From a virus (Duplodnaviria > Caudoviricetes), in IMG/VR virus record IMGVR_UViG_3300015241_000018, positions 1 through 51,415 of that record: a stretch of DNA of 51,415 nt; one strand, written 5' to 3'. The position numbers were made by a program, and so were the translations under genes. This document shows positions 7,973-17,081 of the stretch, one piece after another. Within the stretch, counting starts at the first letter, position 1; each line of letters begins with the position of its first letter. Under the pieces are notes generated by a model. That model made no database searches. It was not told the origin of the DNA and saw nothing but the letters and a program-made list of their open reading frames with translations.

Positions 7973-8626
7973 ATGTTTAATAATGAAGCTAAAGCTCATC
8001 AAACCCTCCATCGGTTTGCTATGTCACGTACGAGATTTACTCCGGACATAGCTTACCTCGAACTCAGACAGTTCAACCTCGTATTCATCTGTGATGATGC
8101 AATGCTCGCAGGTAAGAACTACTCCCTCATACAAGAACACTCGGCGAAGGTGGCTAGAGGCTTCACTCGCAAAGCTTTCAACTTCTACGTCAAGCAGACG
8201 GATGGGTCTGCTATTCCCATGAGAGTCAAGCAGCAGCCAGGGTACTTCTCCTTTTCTTCCCTTAAGATCAAGGGTGAGATACATGCTGTGACGGCTGAAG
8301 GCATCATTAGACTTGACCACCACTACCAAAATGGAGTACAATACCGTCGAACTAGGACTCAGATCCTATTTCCCACCACTGAGCATGGTCGCGTAGTCAA
8401 TCGCGATGTCCAAGGTAGAGAACTCCCGCCTTGCTTAAGTGACAAGGATTATATACTCCCCGAGCGCGTAGATATTATTGATTGTTTCATGTACACTGGT
8501 GTACCGAACTATTGGAATGACTTACTCGACGGGGGTTTTGCATTTCAACCCTGTCCCATTAGATATCCGAAAGAAGAGAAGAGTTGGTTAATCAAATATT
8601 ACCATTATCAAAATCAACGAGGATAG
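7973..8626 (+). CDS. Gamma-glutamyl cyclotransferase (AIG2/GGCT)-like protein, divergent
   Basis: LVFICDDAM, IKGEIHAV, IIRLDHHY..G..YRR and CFMY follow the GGCT pattern; start at ATG 7973 after AGGGG. Confidence 0.7.
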   Translation: MFNNEAKAHQTLHRFAMSRTRFTPDIAYLELRQFNLVFICDDAMLAGKNYSLIQEHSAKVARGFTRKAFNFYVKQTDGSAIPMRVKQQPGYFSFSSLKIKGEIHAVTAEGIIRLDHHYQNGVQYRRTRTQILFPTTEHGRVVNRDVQGRELPPCLSDKDYILPERVDIIDCFMYTGVPNYWNDLLDGGFAFQPCPIRYPKEEKSWLIKYYHYQNQRG

Positions 8627-10179
8627 TAGAACAACACGTTCCTTGCGATGACTGTGGCTCATCTGATGCTAAGTGTACCTATGAGGATGGCCACAGTTAT
8701 TGTTTCAGTTGTTTAACCTATACTCCACCGGATCATAAAGATGAAGAGATACATACTTACGAGTACCTGCCCTGGCGTGGTGTGGACAAGCATACATTCG
8801 CCCTATACGATGTCAAAACTAAGATCGGATCTGAGGGCAATCCAATTTCTATTGGTTTTCCTTATCCTAATTCTTCTTATAAAATAAGGACACTAGATAA
8901 GAAAGCATTCTACTCAATAGGCGATATAGCTAAAGCTGGATTGTTTGGCCGAAATAAGTTTGCGGCTAGTAGTCACAAGACCGTGACAATCACAGAAGGG
9001 GAACTAGATGCTCTCTCGCTTTATCAAGTGGTACGCAGTCCTGTCGTCAGTGTTCACAGCTCTGCTAGTAGCGGAACTGACGTTGGCATCGATCGTGCCT
9101 GGGTCAACAGCTTCGAAAGAATTGTACTCGCATTTGATGCGGACGAGGCAGGACGTGAAGCAACACGTAAAGTCGCAAAGCTGTTTGATTACAACAAGGT
9201 TTTCGTGGTGTCCTTCCCTGGTGGAACCAGAAAAGACGCCAATGACTACCTCCGAGCCGGAGAACGCGACGAACTCTACACCATCTGGGCCAACGCCCGA
9301 CGCTTCCTCCCCGACGAAATAAAGTCTAGCTGGGAAGACTTCAAGAAGATACTTGCTGAGAAACCAAGGGACGGAGTTCCTTACCCCTTCCCTACTCTGA
9401 ACTACATGACGTATGGCATCCGCACTGGTGAGTCCGTACTAATTACGGCCATGGAGGGTGTGGGCAAAACAGAGGTGATGCATGCAATCGAACACCAGCT
9501 CCTTACGGCGACAGAGGATCCTATTGGCGCAATCTTCCTTGAAGAACCGAAGCGCCGGCATTTACAGGCGATTGCGGGCATTCATCTCGCTCGTCCCGCC
9601 CACCTGCCGGATAGTGGTGTCACTGACGCGCAAACTTTCCAAGCCGTACAGGACGTGGTTAGGACGGATGAGCGTCTTCACATCTATTCTCACTTTGGAT
9701 CAGATGATCCTGAGGTTATTCTCGATACAATTAGATTTCTGGTATCCGCACGTGGTTGCCGTTACATTCTTCTCGACCACATCACTATGGTTGTTAGTGG
9801 TCTTGGAGGGAAAGATGAAAGAATTTCGCTCGACTATCTCTCAACTCGTCTCGAAATGATGGTTAAAGAGTTAGACTTCGCGTTGATCGTTGTCAGCCAT
9901 GTCAACGACGATGGTTTAACTCGTGGAAGTCGTAATATCTCTAAGATTGCAGACATTCGTCTCGATCTATACAGGGATATTACGGCGTCAGATCCTATCA
10001 CGCGCCGCATAACGCGGATGGTCGTGAGCAAGAATAGGTTCTGCGGTCGCACAGGACCGGCAGGGGAACTGCTATTCGATCCTGCGACATACACTCTCAA
10101 CGAGGATATGGGTTATGGCACTAGCTCGTTCGCGAATGACAATTCACCCGGTGGCAGAAATGCTGCAATGGTCGCTTGA
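8584..10179 (+). CDS. T7 gp4-like DNA primase-helicase
   Basis: Zn finger CDDCGSSDA...GHSYCFSC, TOPRIM ITEGELDALS and FDAD, Walker A AMEGVGKT, LLDHIT, KNRFCG. Confidence 0.96.
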   Translation: MVNQILPLSKSTRIVEQHVPCDDCGSSDAKCTYEDGHSYCFSCLTYTPPDHKDEEIHTYEYLPWRGVDKHTFALYDVKTKIGSEGNPISIGFPYPNSSYKIRTLDKKAFYSIGDIAKAGLFGRNKFAASSHKTVTITEGELDALSLYQVVRSPVVSVHSSASSGTDVGIDRAWVNSFERIVLAFDADEAGREATRKVAKLFDYNKVFVVSFPGGTRKDANDYLRAGERDELYTIWANARRFLPDEIKSSWEDFKKILAEKPRDGVPYPFPTLNYMTYGIRTGESVLITAMEGVGKTEVMHAIEHQLLTATEDPIGAIFLEEPKRRHLQAIAGIHLARPAHLPDSGVTDAQTFQAVQDVVRTDERLHIYSHFGSDDPEVILDTIRFLVSARGCRYILLDHITMVVSGLGGKDERISLDYLSTRLEMMVKELDFALIVVSHVNDDGLTRGSRNISKIADIRLDLYRDITASDPITRRITRMVVSKNRFCGRTGPAGELLFDPATYTLNEDMGYGTSSFANDNSPGGRNAAMVA

Positions 10180-10369
10180 TGATGAGCGATGCACAATAAC
10201 CGGACATATTACTAAGTCCAGGTCTAAATACTACAGGAACGGAGAAGTCCACACAATTATGTATACTTCATTAACAAGTTATCCTTCTGGCCCGGATATG
10301 GGTCCCTACTATTTGGCTCGTAACCAGATGGGCTATTACTTTAAGTGCATGGTGGCACAACGAGCATGA
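10115..10369 (+). CDS. Hypothetical protein (start may be ATG 10160)
   Basis: Fills the gap; ATGA coupling to ung. Confidence 0.55.
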   Translation: MALARSRMTIHPVAEMLQWSLDDERCTITGHITKSRSKYYRNGEVHTIMYTSLTSYPSGPDMGPYYLARNQMGYYFKCMVAQRA

Positions 10370-11181
10370 ACTATCCGTGGAAACTAGATTTCTGGCAATC
10401 AGGGGAATGGCAGGTAGTCAATGAGCGTCTCAAAGAGTTTGACAAGTTGGGTGTGGTTTATAATCCGAAACGGTCGGCGTTGTTCCGAGCTCTTTCGCTC
10501 ACATCGTTGGAACAAACGAAGGTTGTTATACTTGGGCAGGACCCCTACCCAGACCCCAAGCTCGCAACGGGGTTATCCTTTTCTATCCCGAGAGGATTTG
10601 GACCAGGTTCTTTTCCGCCCACTCTGCGAACCATCTTCAATGAGTACACCAATGACCTCAAATACCCCACTCCTAGTCACGGTGACCTCGAAGTATGGGC
10701 AACACAAGGCGTGCTTCTATGGAACGCAATCCCAAGTTGTCAAGCAGGTAAATCACTTTCTCATGACTGGCCGGGAAATGAGTGGGGATACCTTACCAAA
10801 GAAATCGTTGAGCGATGCGCTAGGAAGGGCATTGTGTTTGCGTTACTTGGAGCTGTGGCTAAAAGATATTCAGAATTAATTGATTTAAGTAATAATGAGG
10901 TAATCTTAACATCTCATCCCTCTCCACGTGGTAGTCGTAATTCAAGGACCCCATTCGAAGGGTCCAGACTATTCTCCACGATCAACGCTAAACTAATATC
11001 TCAAGGTTTGACTCCGATCGACTGGAGACTGGATGATGTTCAAGATCAACGAGACAAAGGTAATCCGAAGGTTCTCCCCCAATCTGGTCGCGTCTGGGAT
11101 AGTAACCGACGTTTATCATGGGAGAAAGGGCCGGATACTCGTGGAGTTCGAGACCACGGAAGGTTGGTTGTGCATGAGTGA
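10366..11181 (+). CDS. ung: Uracil-DNA glycosylase, family 1
   Basis: KVVILGQDPY, ATGLSFS, QGVLLWN, SHPSP and IDW motifs; ATG 10366 coupled to upstream stop. Confidence 0.93.
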   Translation: MNYPWKLDFWQSGEWQVVNERLKEFDKLGVVYNPKRSALFRALSLTSLEQTKVVILGQDPYPDPKLATGLSFSIPRGFGPGSFPPTLRTIFNEYTNDLKYPTPSHGDLEVWATQGVLLWNAIPSCQAGKSLSHDWPGNEWGYLTKEIVERCARKGIVFALLGAVAKRYSELIDLSNNEVILTSHPSPRGSRNSRTPFEGSRLFSTINAKLISQGLTPIDWRLDDVQDQRDKGNPKVLPQSGRVWDSNRRLSWEKGPDTRGVRDHGRLVVHE

Positions 11182-11227
11182 TCCGTCTCATTTGGAGATA
11201 CAAGATGAAGGCCAGAAAGAAGCGTAA
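11033..11227 (+). CDS. Hypothetical protein overlapping the ung 3' end (64 aa)
   Basis: GGAG RBS; starts right where the UNG fold ends (IDWRL). Confidence 0.5.
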   Translation: MMFKINETKVIRRFSPNLVASGIVTDVYHGRKGRILVEFETTEGWLCMSDPSHLEIQDEGQKEA

Positions 11228-11408
11228 AGCCCATGTGTACATCCCTGAATTGGCCCTGGAGTGTCTACTGAATGATCTGATTGAGGGCGGTACTCCTAAA
11301 CAACTAGCCAATAAGTATGGCGTAGCTGCCACTACGGTTAGGGCTATAAAGACTAAGTACCTAGAAGTTAAATTAGTCCGTAAATCAGTACAGCTAAAGT
11401 TATTATAA
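11178..11408 (+). CDS. Small HTH DNA-binding protein
   Basis: GGTPKQLANKYGVAATTVRAIK helix-turn-helix pattern. Confidence 0.65.
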   Translation: MIRLIWRYKMKARKKRKAHVYIPELALECLLNDLIEGGTPKQLANKYGVAATTVRAIKTKYLEVKLVRKSVQLKLL

Positions 11409-11453
11409 ATCAATACGTATTAAAATTGTGCCGTAAATTTTGGGAGGGCTCAC

Positions 11454-11702
11454 GTGAAACTGATTTACACTTACAAAACGCGTGAGTTCATGATGGTAGG
11501 TCATCTGTGGGTCAAATACACAACTTTAGGACGGGCTTGGCAGATGGATAAAACTATCAACGAACAGGTCCACAAATACATGGAAAAGTACGCTAAAGTT
11601 AGTCTCGACCACTTTTCCCGGTGTCCCAGTACCTCCAAGTTAATTAAACGCACCAGTGAGCTTCCTAGAGGCTCCCAGACCCCTTCTAAAACAGGTGGAT
11701 GA
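11454..11702 (+). CDS. Hypothetical protein (82 aa)
   Basis: GGGAGG RBS, GTG start. Confidence 0.6.
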   Translation: MKLIYTYKTREFMMVGHLWVKYTTLGRAWQMDKTINEQVHKYMEKYAKVSLDHFSRCPSTSKLIKRTSELPRGSQTPSKTGG

Positions 11703-12022
11703 TGCTGAAACTAGTAGTAAATAATGAAATTGAGGAAGAGAAGCTTCCCACCCCTGTTTCTAAGACAAAAGGTAAGGGTCCGACGGGTGAAGATTGGCTG
11801 TCTGGAATGCTCTGTGGAACTGAGTTCTTAGTCAAGCCAAGGATGATGCAGACCTGGGTATTGCATGAGTTCATGCATGCTGGGTTGAAAGAAGGGAATG
11901 TTCTGCTCATTCCACACGGTAAGATTAATATCCCCGGTGAATGGGTGTGGACAGATCCAATTGAATTCTGTAAAGTATTTGAATTGAGGGCTATACTGGA
12001 AGTACCAAAGGATGACGACTAA
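11699..12022 (+). CDS. Hypothetical protein (107 aa)
   Basis: ATGA coupling. Confidence 0.7.
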   Translation: MMLKLVVNNEIEEEKLPTPVSKTKGKGPTGEDWLSGMLCGTEFLVKPRMMQTWVLHEFMHAGLKEGNVLLIPHGKINIPGEWVWTDPIEFCKVFELRAILEVPKDDD

Positions 12023-12215
12023 TATTATTGATGTGAGTGATCCAGCAGATTGGTTCACAATGAATATGTTAAAGCGATCCATTAAATTCATGAAGAACAT
12101 TAACAAGGAAGGTAAGTACGACATAGCCATCCACAAAGAAGAAGCCATACTTAGATCTTTCCTCGATAAAGCATTAGGAAGATCAGAAGCAGTAGCCGAG
12201 CAGGTTGCTGCCTAA
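12012..12215 (+). CDS. Hypothetical protein (67 aa)
   Basis: Overlaps upstream stop; ends ...EQVAA. Confidence 0.65.
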   Translation: MTTNIIDVSDPADWFTMNMLKRSIKFMKNINKEGKYDIAIHKEEAILRSFLDKALGRSEAVAEQVAA

Positions 12216-12228
12216 CTCGGAGCAAGGA

Positions 12229-12372
12229 ATGAATGTACACGCCTTCATTGCTGCCATCGTGGTGACACTAGCTGTCGCCACTGGCTTTCTCTACTACGTT
12301 AACGAGCATGCCGACGCCAATGGATGCGTTGACTTCGGCAAGTCTCAAGTCTGCGTCGCTCCTAAGAAGTGA
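12229..12372 (+). CDS. Small membrane protein (47 aa)
   Basis: Manually translated MNVHAFIAAIVVTLAVATGFLYYV...; GGAG RBS. Confidence 0.55.
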   Translation: MNVHAFIAAIVVTLAVATGFLYYVNEHADANGCVDFGKSQVCVAPKK

Positions 12373-12382
12373 TGCTCAAGAT

Positions 12383-12418
12383 AGCCGGCTCAGGGTTCCT
12401 CTCTCCCCTGGGTCGGCT
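12383..12418 (+). other. Intergenic hairpin with TTCCTCTCTC loop
   Basis: 13-bp stem AGCCGGCTCAGGG/CCCTGGGTCGGCT. Confidence 0.6.
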
Positions 12419-12463
12419 TATTGTTGAGGGAGCAACAAGTAAGACCCCCGTAAGGAGGCCAAG

Positions 12464-13435
12464 ATGGCTAAGCCAAAGCCTATTCCCGTTCCCATCAAGA
12501 TCATCAGCACAGAGGAACTCGAAGCTAACCGAGCAGCCCTAGCTGAACTCAACAAGGAACTTCTTCCTGAGCCTGAGGCAGGTGCTCTGTCCTTCCTGCG
12601 TAAGAGCATTGATGTTCCTACGACAGCTGAAGTCAAGGACATGATCCATCAGGAGATAATGGAGTACAATGTTCTCACAAATATTGAACTCAAGATTGGT
12701 GAGGAGATCAAGACTCTTCCAGAAGAGCCGAGACACTTTCTCTTCCCTGAAATCTTGGCGGCCACCAACGCGGACATACCAGCTGCTCTTGTGGGCCCTG
12801 CTGGTTCTGGTAAATCTACTCTTTGTGAACAAGTGGCTACCGCTCTGAGTCTGAAGTACTTCCTTCAGAACAGTGTGAGTGGTGATCACCAGCTCGCAGG
12901 GTATATGGATGCACACGGTCACTACCAGACTACATCATTCCGAACTGCGTTCGAGATGGGTGGACTGTTGTTGATCGATGAGGTTGATACCTCTGATGCT
13001 GGTGCCCTGAAGTGGGTGAACACTGCCTTGGCCAATGGTCACGCCATGTTCCCCGACAAGCCTGAGCCTGTGCGTAGACACAAGGACTTCCGCATCATGA
13101 TTGCCGCCAATACCTTCGGCAATGGTGCTGACCGACTGTACGTTGGTGCCAATCAGTTGGATGCCAGTACCTTGGATCGGTTTGTGTTCTTCGACTTCGT
13201 CTATGACGAGAAGTTGGAGACCATGTTGTCCGGTAATCTTCTATGGGCCAAGCGTGTGCAGAACCTGCGTAAGGCAGCTGCCACTGAGAAGGCTCGTATC
13301 GTCATCTCTCCCCGAGCTACCATCAATGGAGCCAAGCTCTTGGCTGTCGGTTGGAAGCAGTCAGTGGTTGAAGACCGCTTGATTTGGAAGGGTATCGATG
13401 AGGAACTGAAGAATAGAATTCGGAAGGCAGCCTGA
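12464..13435 (+). CDS. MoxR/CobS-like AAA+ ATPase
   Basis: Walker A GPAGSGKS, Walker B LLLIDEVD, IAANT, LDASTLDRF. Confidence 0.92.
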   Translation: MAKPKPIPVPIKIISTEELEANRAALAELNKELLPEPEAGALSFLRKSIDVPTTAEVKDMIHQEIMEYNVLTNIELKIGEEIKTLPEEPRHFLFPEILAATNADIPAALVGPAGSGKSTLCEQVATALSLKYFLQNSVSGDHQLAGYMDAHGHYQTTSFRTAFEMGGLLLIDEVDTSDAGALKWVNTALANGHAMFPDKPEPVRRHKDFRIMIAANTFGNGADRLYVGANQLDASTLDRFVFFDFVYDEKLETMLSGNLLWAKRVQNLRKAAATEKARIVISPRATINGAKLLAVGWKQSVVEDRLIWKGIDEELKNRIRKAA

Positions 13436-14442
13436 TGCAGATGTTATCTGGCAACGCCAAAGAATTGAATGATCTCATCCCCAAGCAGGCTTGGAGTTCA
13501 ACTTGGGATAGCCCTGAAACATTCGGAAGACACATCGCATCACTAGACAAGAAGAAAGCTTGGACTGATGCAGGTTGGAGTGGAGACAAAGATTTCTGTG
13601 GCACCGACGACATGGATGAAGCTCTCCGACTATCTCAGAATGGTTGGAAGGAAGGTGTGGCAGGCATTGAGAGGCTCAGAACTAAGATCCTCGCAATGAA
13701 CCCCACCCATCCTAAGATCAAGAAGTACTCTATCGCTGGGTCCTACCCTGATGTGGCTCGTGCTGTATCAGGTAACCCCATGAACATGAGAACTCTTGAC
13801 TCAGCTAAGTCCAGGCGTAGACCTGTGATCACGCTGCTCTCCAACATGTCAGCTAACTGTAATGTGGCTAAGGAGTCCATCACCAACAGAGCATCTGTCG
13901 TAGCTGCAATCATAGATCAGATTGAAGCTGCGGGTTATGCTTGTGAGGTGGTTGCTATTGCACCTACCTCAGGCAGTACTTGGGATGGAAAGCCAGGATA
14001 CAGCGCTTGCACATCTGTGATGGTCAAGCGAAGTAACCAAGCTGTCGATCTAAGTCGACTATCTTTTGGCATGGGTCATGCAGCCATGTTCAGACGCATG
14101 GTATTTGCTGACTGGGGTTCTTCTGAACCTAATAAGGAAGGACTCGGTCGTGGCTTAGGTCACAGTCACAACATCACGGATGAGTTCGTCGATGACCTGA
14201 ACTTCAAGAACATCTACGTTCTACCTTCAGCAGAAGGGAACAGTTCTAAGTTCAAGACGGAAGACGTCGCAGCTATTGTTGGTCTGAGGTTGATTGTGGA
14301 CTCACTCAAGAAACAGGGATGCCCAGCGTTTGCTGGGCCTCTCACTCCTGATATTCCATTAACTGATGCTCAGAAACAAATCCATACCATCAGAACCATT
14401 AAAGATCTCGTGGGAGACATCATAGACGGTCTTGAATTCTAA
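13435..14442 (+). CDS. VWA-like partner of the AAA ATPase
   Basis: Coupled to the AAA gene; YPDVARAVSGNPMNM followed by ITLLSNMSANC (degenerate MIDAS) and HAAMFRR. Confidence 0.65.
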   Translation: MQMLSGNAKELNDLIPKQAWSSTWDSPETFGRHIASLDKKKAWTDAGWSGDKDFCGTDDMDEALRLSQNGWKEGVAGIERLRTKILAMNPTHPKIKKYSIAGSYPDVARAVSGNPMNMRTLDSAKSRRRPVITLLSNMSANCNVAKESITNRASVVAAIIDQIEAAGYACEVVAIAPTSGSTWDGKPGYSACTSVMVKRSNQAVDLSRLSFGMGHAAMFRRMVFADWGSSEPNKEGLGRGLGHSHNITDEFVDDLNFKNIYVLPSAEGNSSKFKTEDVAAIVGLRLIVDSLKKQGCPAFAGPLTPDIPLTDAQKQIHTIRTIKDLVGDIIDGLEF

Positions 14443-14465
14443 AGGATATTATGCTAAGATGATTA

Positions 14466-16439
14466 ATGCGCGTCGTAATTGATATTGAATGTAATGGATT
14501 ACACAATCCCACACAGATTTGGGTCATTGTCTGCAAGGATATTGATACAAATTCCTATCACATTTTTAGAAATATAACCTCAGATGAAAATGAACTTAAT
14601 AGGTTTACTGAATTCAGCAACCAAGTGGCTCTTTGGATTGGCCACAATTTCTTGGGGTATGACCTCATTCATCTCCAACGACTTACAAACTGTCCGGCAT
14701 TCCACGATAATGATGTCGTTGTCTTACATAGCCTGGACACTCTTATTCTTTCCAAACTCATCGACTACCCCAGACAAGGCCACAGCATAGAAAGCTATGG
14801 TCTTGAGTTTGGAATGGAGAAGGGGAAGTATTCCGACTGGTCTAAGTATTCGTTAGATATGGAAGAATATTGTAAGAGAGACGTAGATATCTGTAGTAAG
14901 ATATATACTAAGTATCTTAGTTACATTGATAATGAAGAACATAGATTATGTATATCTATAGAACATAGGTTCCAATGTATAGTCAACGCCCTTAGTAGTA
15001 ATGGTTTTTCTTTCAATAAAGACAAAGCTACTAAGTTACTTAGTAAGGTAGAAGAAGAGCTAGCTATATTGGATGTGTCTATCTTAGAAGCATTCCCTCC
15101 CAAACTTAAACTGATTAGGGAAGTAACTCCTAAGGAGACTAAATATGGTACTATTAGTCTTACGTCTATACCTAAAGCTCTTAGAGATGACATTGCATCT
15201 CTTAGTGTGGGTAGCCCGTTCTCCTACTGTACGTGGGAAACCTTTAATCCTAGCAGCCATAAGCAAATTGTACATGTCCTTACTGAAGCATCTTGGCGTC
15301 CGGTAGACAAGACACAGACACACATAGATACTGAAAGAGAACTCACTAAGCTAAAACATACTAAACAACGTTCTAATGAACTTGACTTAAGACTTAAAGA
15401 ATTATATACTAAGCTCGAACTAATGAAGAAGGTTGGATGGAAGGTCAACGAGACTAATCTCGAAACCTTACCAAGAACAGCCCCTCCCAGTGCACGCTTC
15501 CTAGCGAAGCGTATCCTCCTTGAGTCCAGACGTCGTACACTCGTTGAGTGGCTAGGCCTAGTTGATGTAGGTGATGGCCGTATACACGGGCGCTTCTACG
15601 GAATAGGCGCCTGGACTCATAGGATGGCTCACCAACAGCCTAACACTGCTAACATTCCCAATGAATTTGATACTGCAGGTAAGAAGAAACTATACGGTAA
15701 AGAACTTAGATCATTGTGGCAGGCTCCTAAGAATAGATTATTAGTTGGAGTAGATGCTGAGGGAATACAACTTCGTATCTTCGCACATTACATCAATGAC
15801 CCTGATTTTACATTTGCTTTGGTCAACGGTAAGAAGGAAGATAAGAGTGACCCGCACAGTCTTAATCAATCCATTCTCGGATCTGTCTGTAAAAGTAGAG
15901 CAGCAGCCAAACGTTATATCTATGCCCTCCTTCTCGGAGCAGGACCAGGAAAACTGCAAGAGATTTTGGGATGCAGTGGTGAAGATGAACGCCAAGCTTA
16001 TGGAAGATTGGTTTCCAGATATACAGGGTTCGCTCATCTCAAAGAAACGATCATACCTCGTGACGCGAGACGAGGATGGTTCCGTGGACTTGACGGACGT
16101 TCAGTTCGTATCCTTGGAGACAGCGATGGAACACGTCGACACTTGTGTATGTCTGGCTACCTTCAAAACGGTGAAGCTGTCGTAATGAAGTCTGCCACTC
16201 TCAAGTGGCATCACCTACTCAAGCAAGACAATGCCATTCTCGTAAACTTAGTGCACGATGAATGGCAGACAGAAGTCCCCAACAATATGGAGGTAGCATT
16301 ACGTATAGCAAAGATGCAAGCAGACAGTCTGCGAGAAGTAGGTGAAGACCTTAAACTTAATTGTCCTCTAGCCGGTTCCTATTGGAACGATGACGACAAG
16401 GACTATACTATAGATACTAACTGGAGTAGGACACATTGA
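14466..16439 (+). CDS. DNA polymerase, family A, with 3'-5' exonuclease
   Basis: Exo motifs DIE, GHNFLGYD and YCKRD; motif A DAEGIQLR; motif B RAAAKRYIYALLLG; motif C VHDE. Confidence 0.96.
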   Translation: MRVVIDIECNGLHNPTQIWVIVCKDIDTNSYHIFRNITSDENELNRFTEFSNQVALWIGHNFLGYDLIHLQRLTNCPAFHDNDVVVLHSLDTLILSKLIDYPRQGHSIESYGLEFGMEKGKYSDWSKYSLDMEEYCKRDVDICSKIYTKYLSYIDNEEHRLCISIEHRFQCIVNALSSNGFSFNKDKATKLLSKVEEELAILDVSILEAFPPKLKLIREVTPKETKYGTISLTSIPKALRDDIASLSVGSPFSYCTWETFNPSSHKQIVHVLTEASWRPVDKTQTHIDTERELTKLKHTKQRSNELDLRLKELYTKLELMKKVGWKVNETNLETLPRTAPPSARFLAKRILLESRRRTLVEWLGLVDVGDGRIHGRFYGIGAWTHRMAHQQPNTANIPNEFDTAGKKKLYGKELRSLWQAPKNRLLVGVDAEGIQLRIFAHYINDPDFTFALVNGKKEDKSDPHSLNQSILGSVCKSRAAAKRYIYALLLGAGPGKLQEILGCSGEDERQAYGRLVSRYTGFAHLKETIIPRDARRGWFRGLDGRSVRILGDSDGTRRHLCMSGYLQNGEAVVMKSATLKWHHLLKQDNAILVNLVHDEWQTEVPNNMEVALRIAKMQADSLREVGEDLKLNCPLAGSYWNDDDKDYTIDTNWSRTH

Positions 16440-16585
16440 TTAAAGATATTGATGATCTATTAAATAGATTGGATGATCCCTCTAATACAGATGAATACGG
16501 AGACTGGTCCTTTAGATTTTCTGATGTTGAAAGAGATTTAATTATTGATGCATTAATACTTTACAAGGAGATGAATATTAAGTAA
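16436..16585 (+). CDS. Small acidic protein (49 aa)
   Basis: Manually translated MIKDIDDLLNRLDD...; overlaps both neighbours (TTGA and TAATG). Confidence 0.55.
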   Translation: MIKDIDDLLNRLDDPSNTDEYGDWSFRFSDVERDLIIDALILYKEMNIK

Positions 16586-17079
16586 TGGTATTTTACGGCA
16601 AGACAGAAACAATATACATACAAGGTAAGGTGGCTTGGTTCAAGCCTAACATACCTAATAAGTGGGATAAGTATTCTGTACAGATACACCCACAGCCTAA
16701 GGACTTGGAAGTCATCCGTGACTTACAGGCCAGAGGTCTTAAAAATCAAATGAAGAAAGACGATGATGGTTATTTCATACATTTCACACGACCTATATCC
16801 AAGCGATTTCAATCGGGTAAGATACGGGTATTCGAGCCCATCGAGGTATTCGACAAAGCTGGTGTTCCTTACGATGGTCCTGTTGGTAACGGATCAGATG
16901 CGACCCTGAAGATTGAAGTCTACGAGCATGAAGTTCCCGGTGGTGGTAAATCTGTTGCTGCCAGGTGGGTGTCAGCTCGTATCGATAACTTAGTTCCTTA
17001 CGAACCTGATCGGGACCTCACGGAAGGTCAACGCGAAGCCGCAGCAGGTTTGAAAGAGCAGCCAGAACAACTCTTCTGA
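16585..17079 (+). CDS. ssb: Single-stranded DNA-binding protein
   Basis: Follows the polymerase; VGNGSDATLKIEVY motif typical of podophage SSBs; acidic tail ending ...PEQLF. Confidence 0.8.
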   Translation: MVFYGKTETIYIQGKVAWFKPNIPNKWDKYSVQIHPQPKDLEVIRDLQARGLKNQMKKDDDGYFIHFTRPISKRFQSGKIRVFEPIEVFDKAGVPYDGPVGNGSDATLKIEVYEHEVPGGGKSVAARWVSARIDNLVPYEPDRDLTEGQREAAAGLKEQPEQLF

Positions 17080-17081
17080 CC

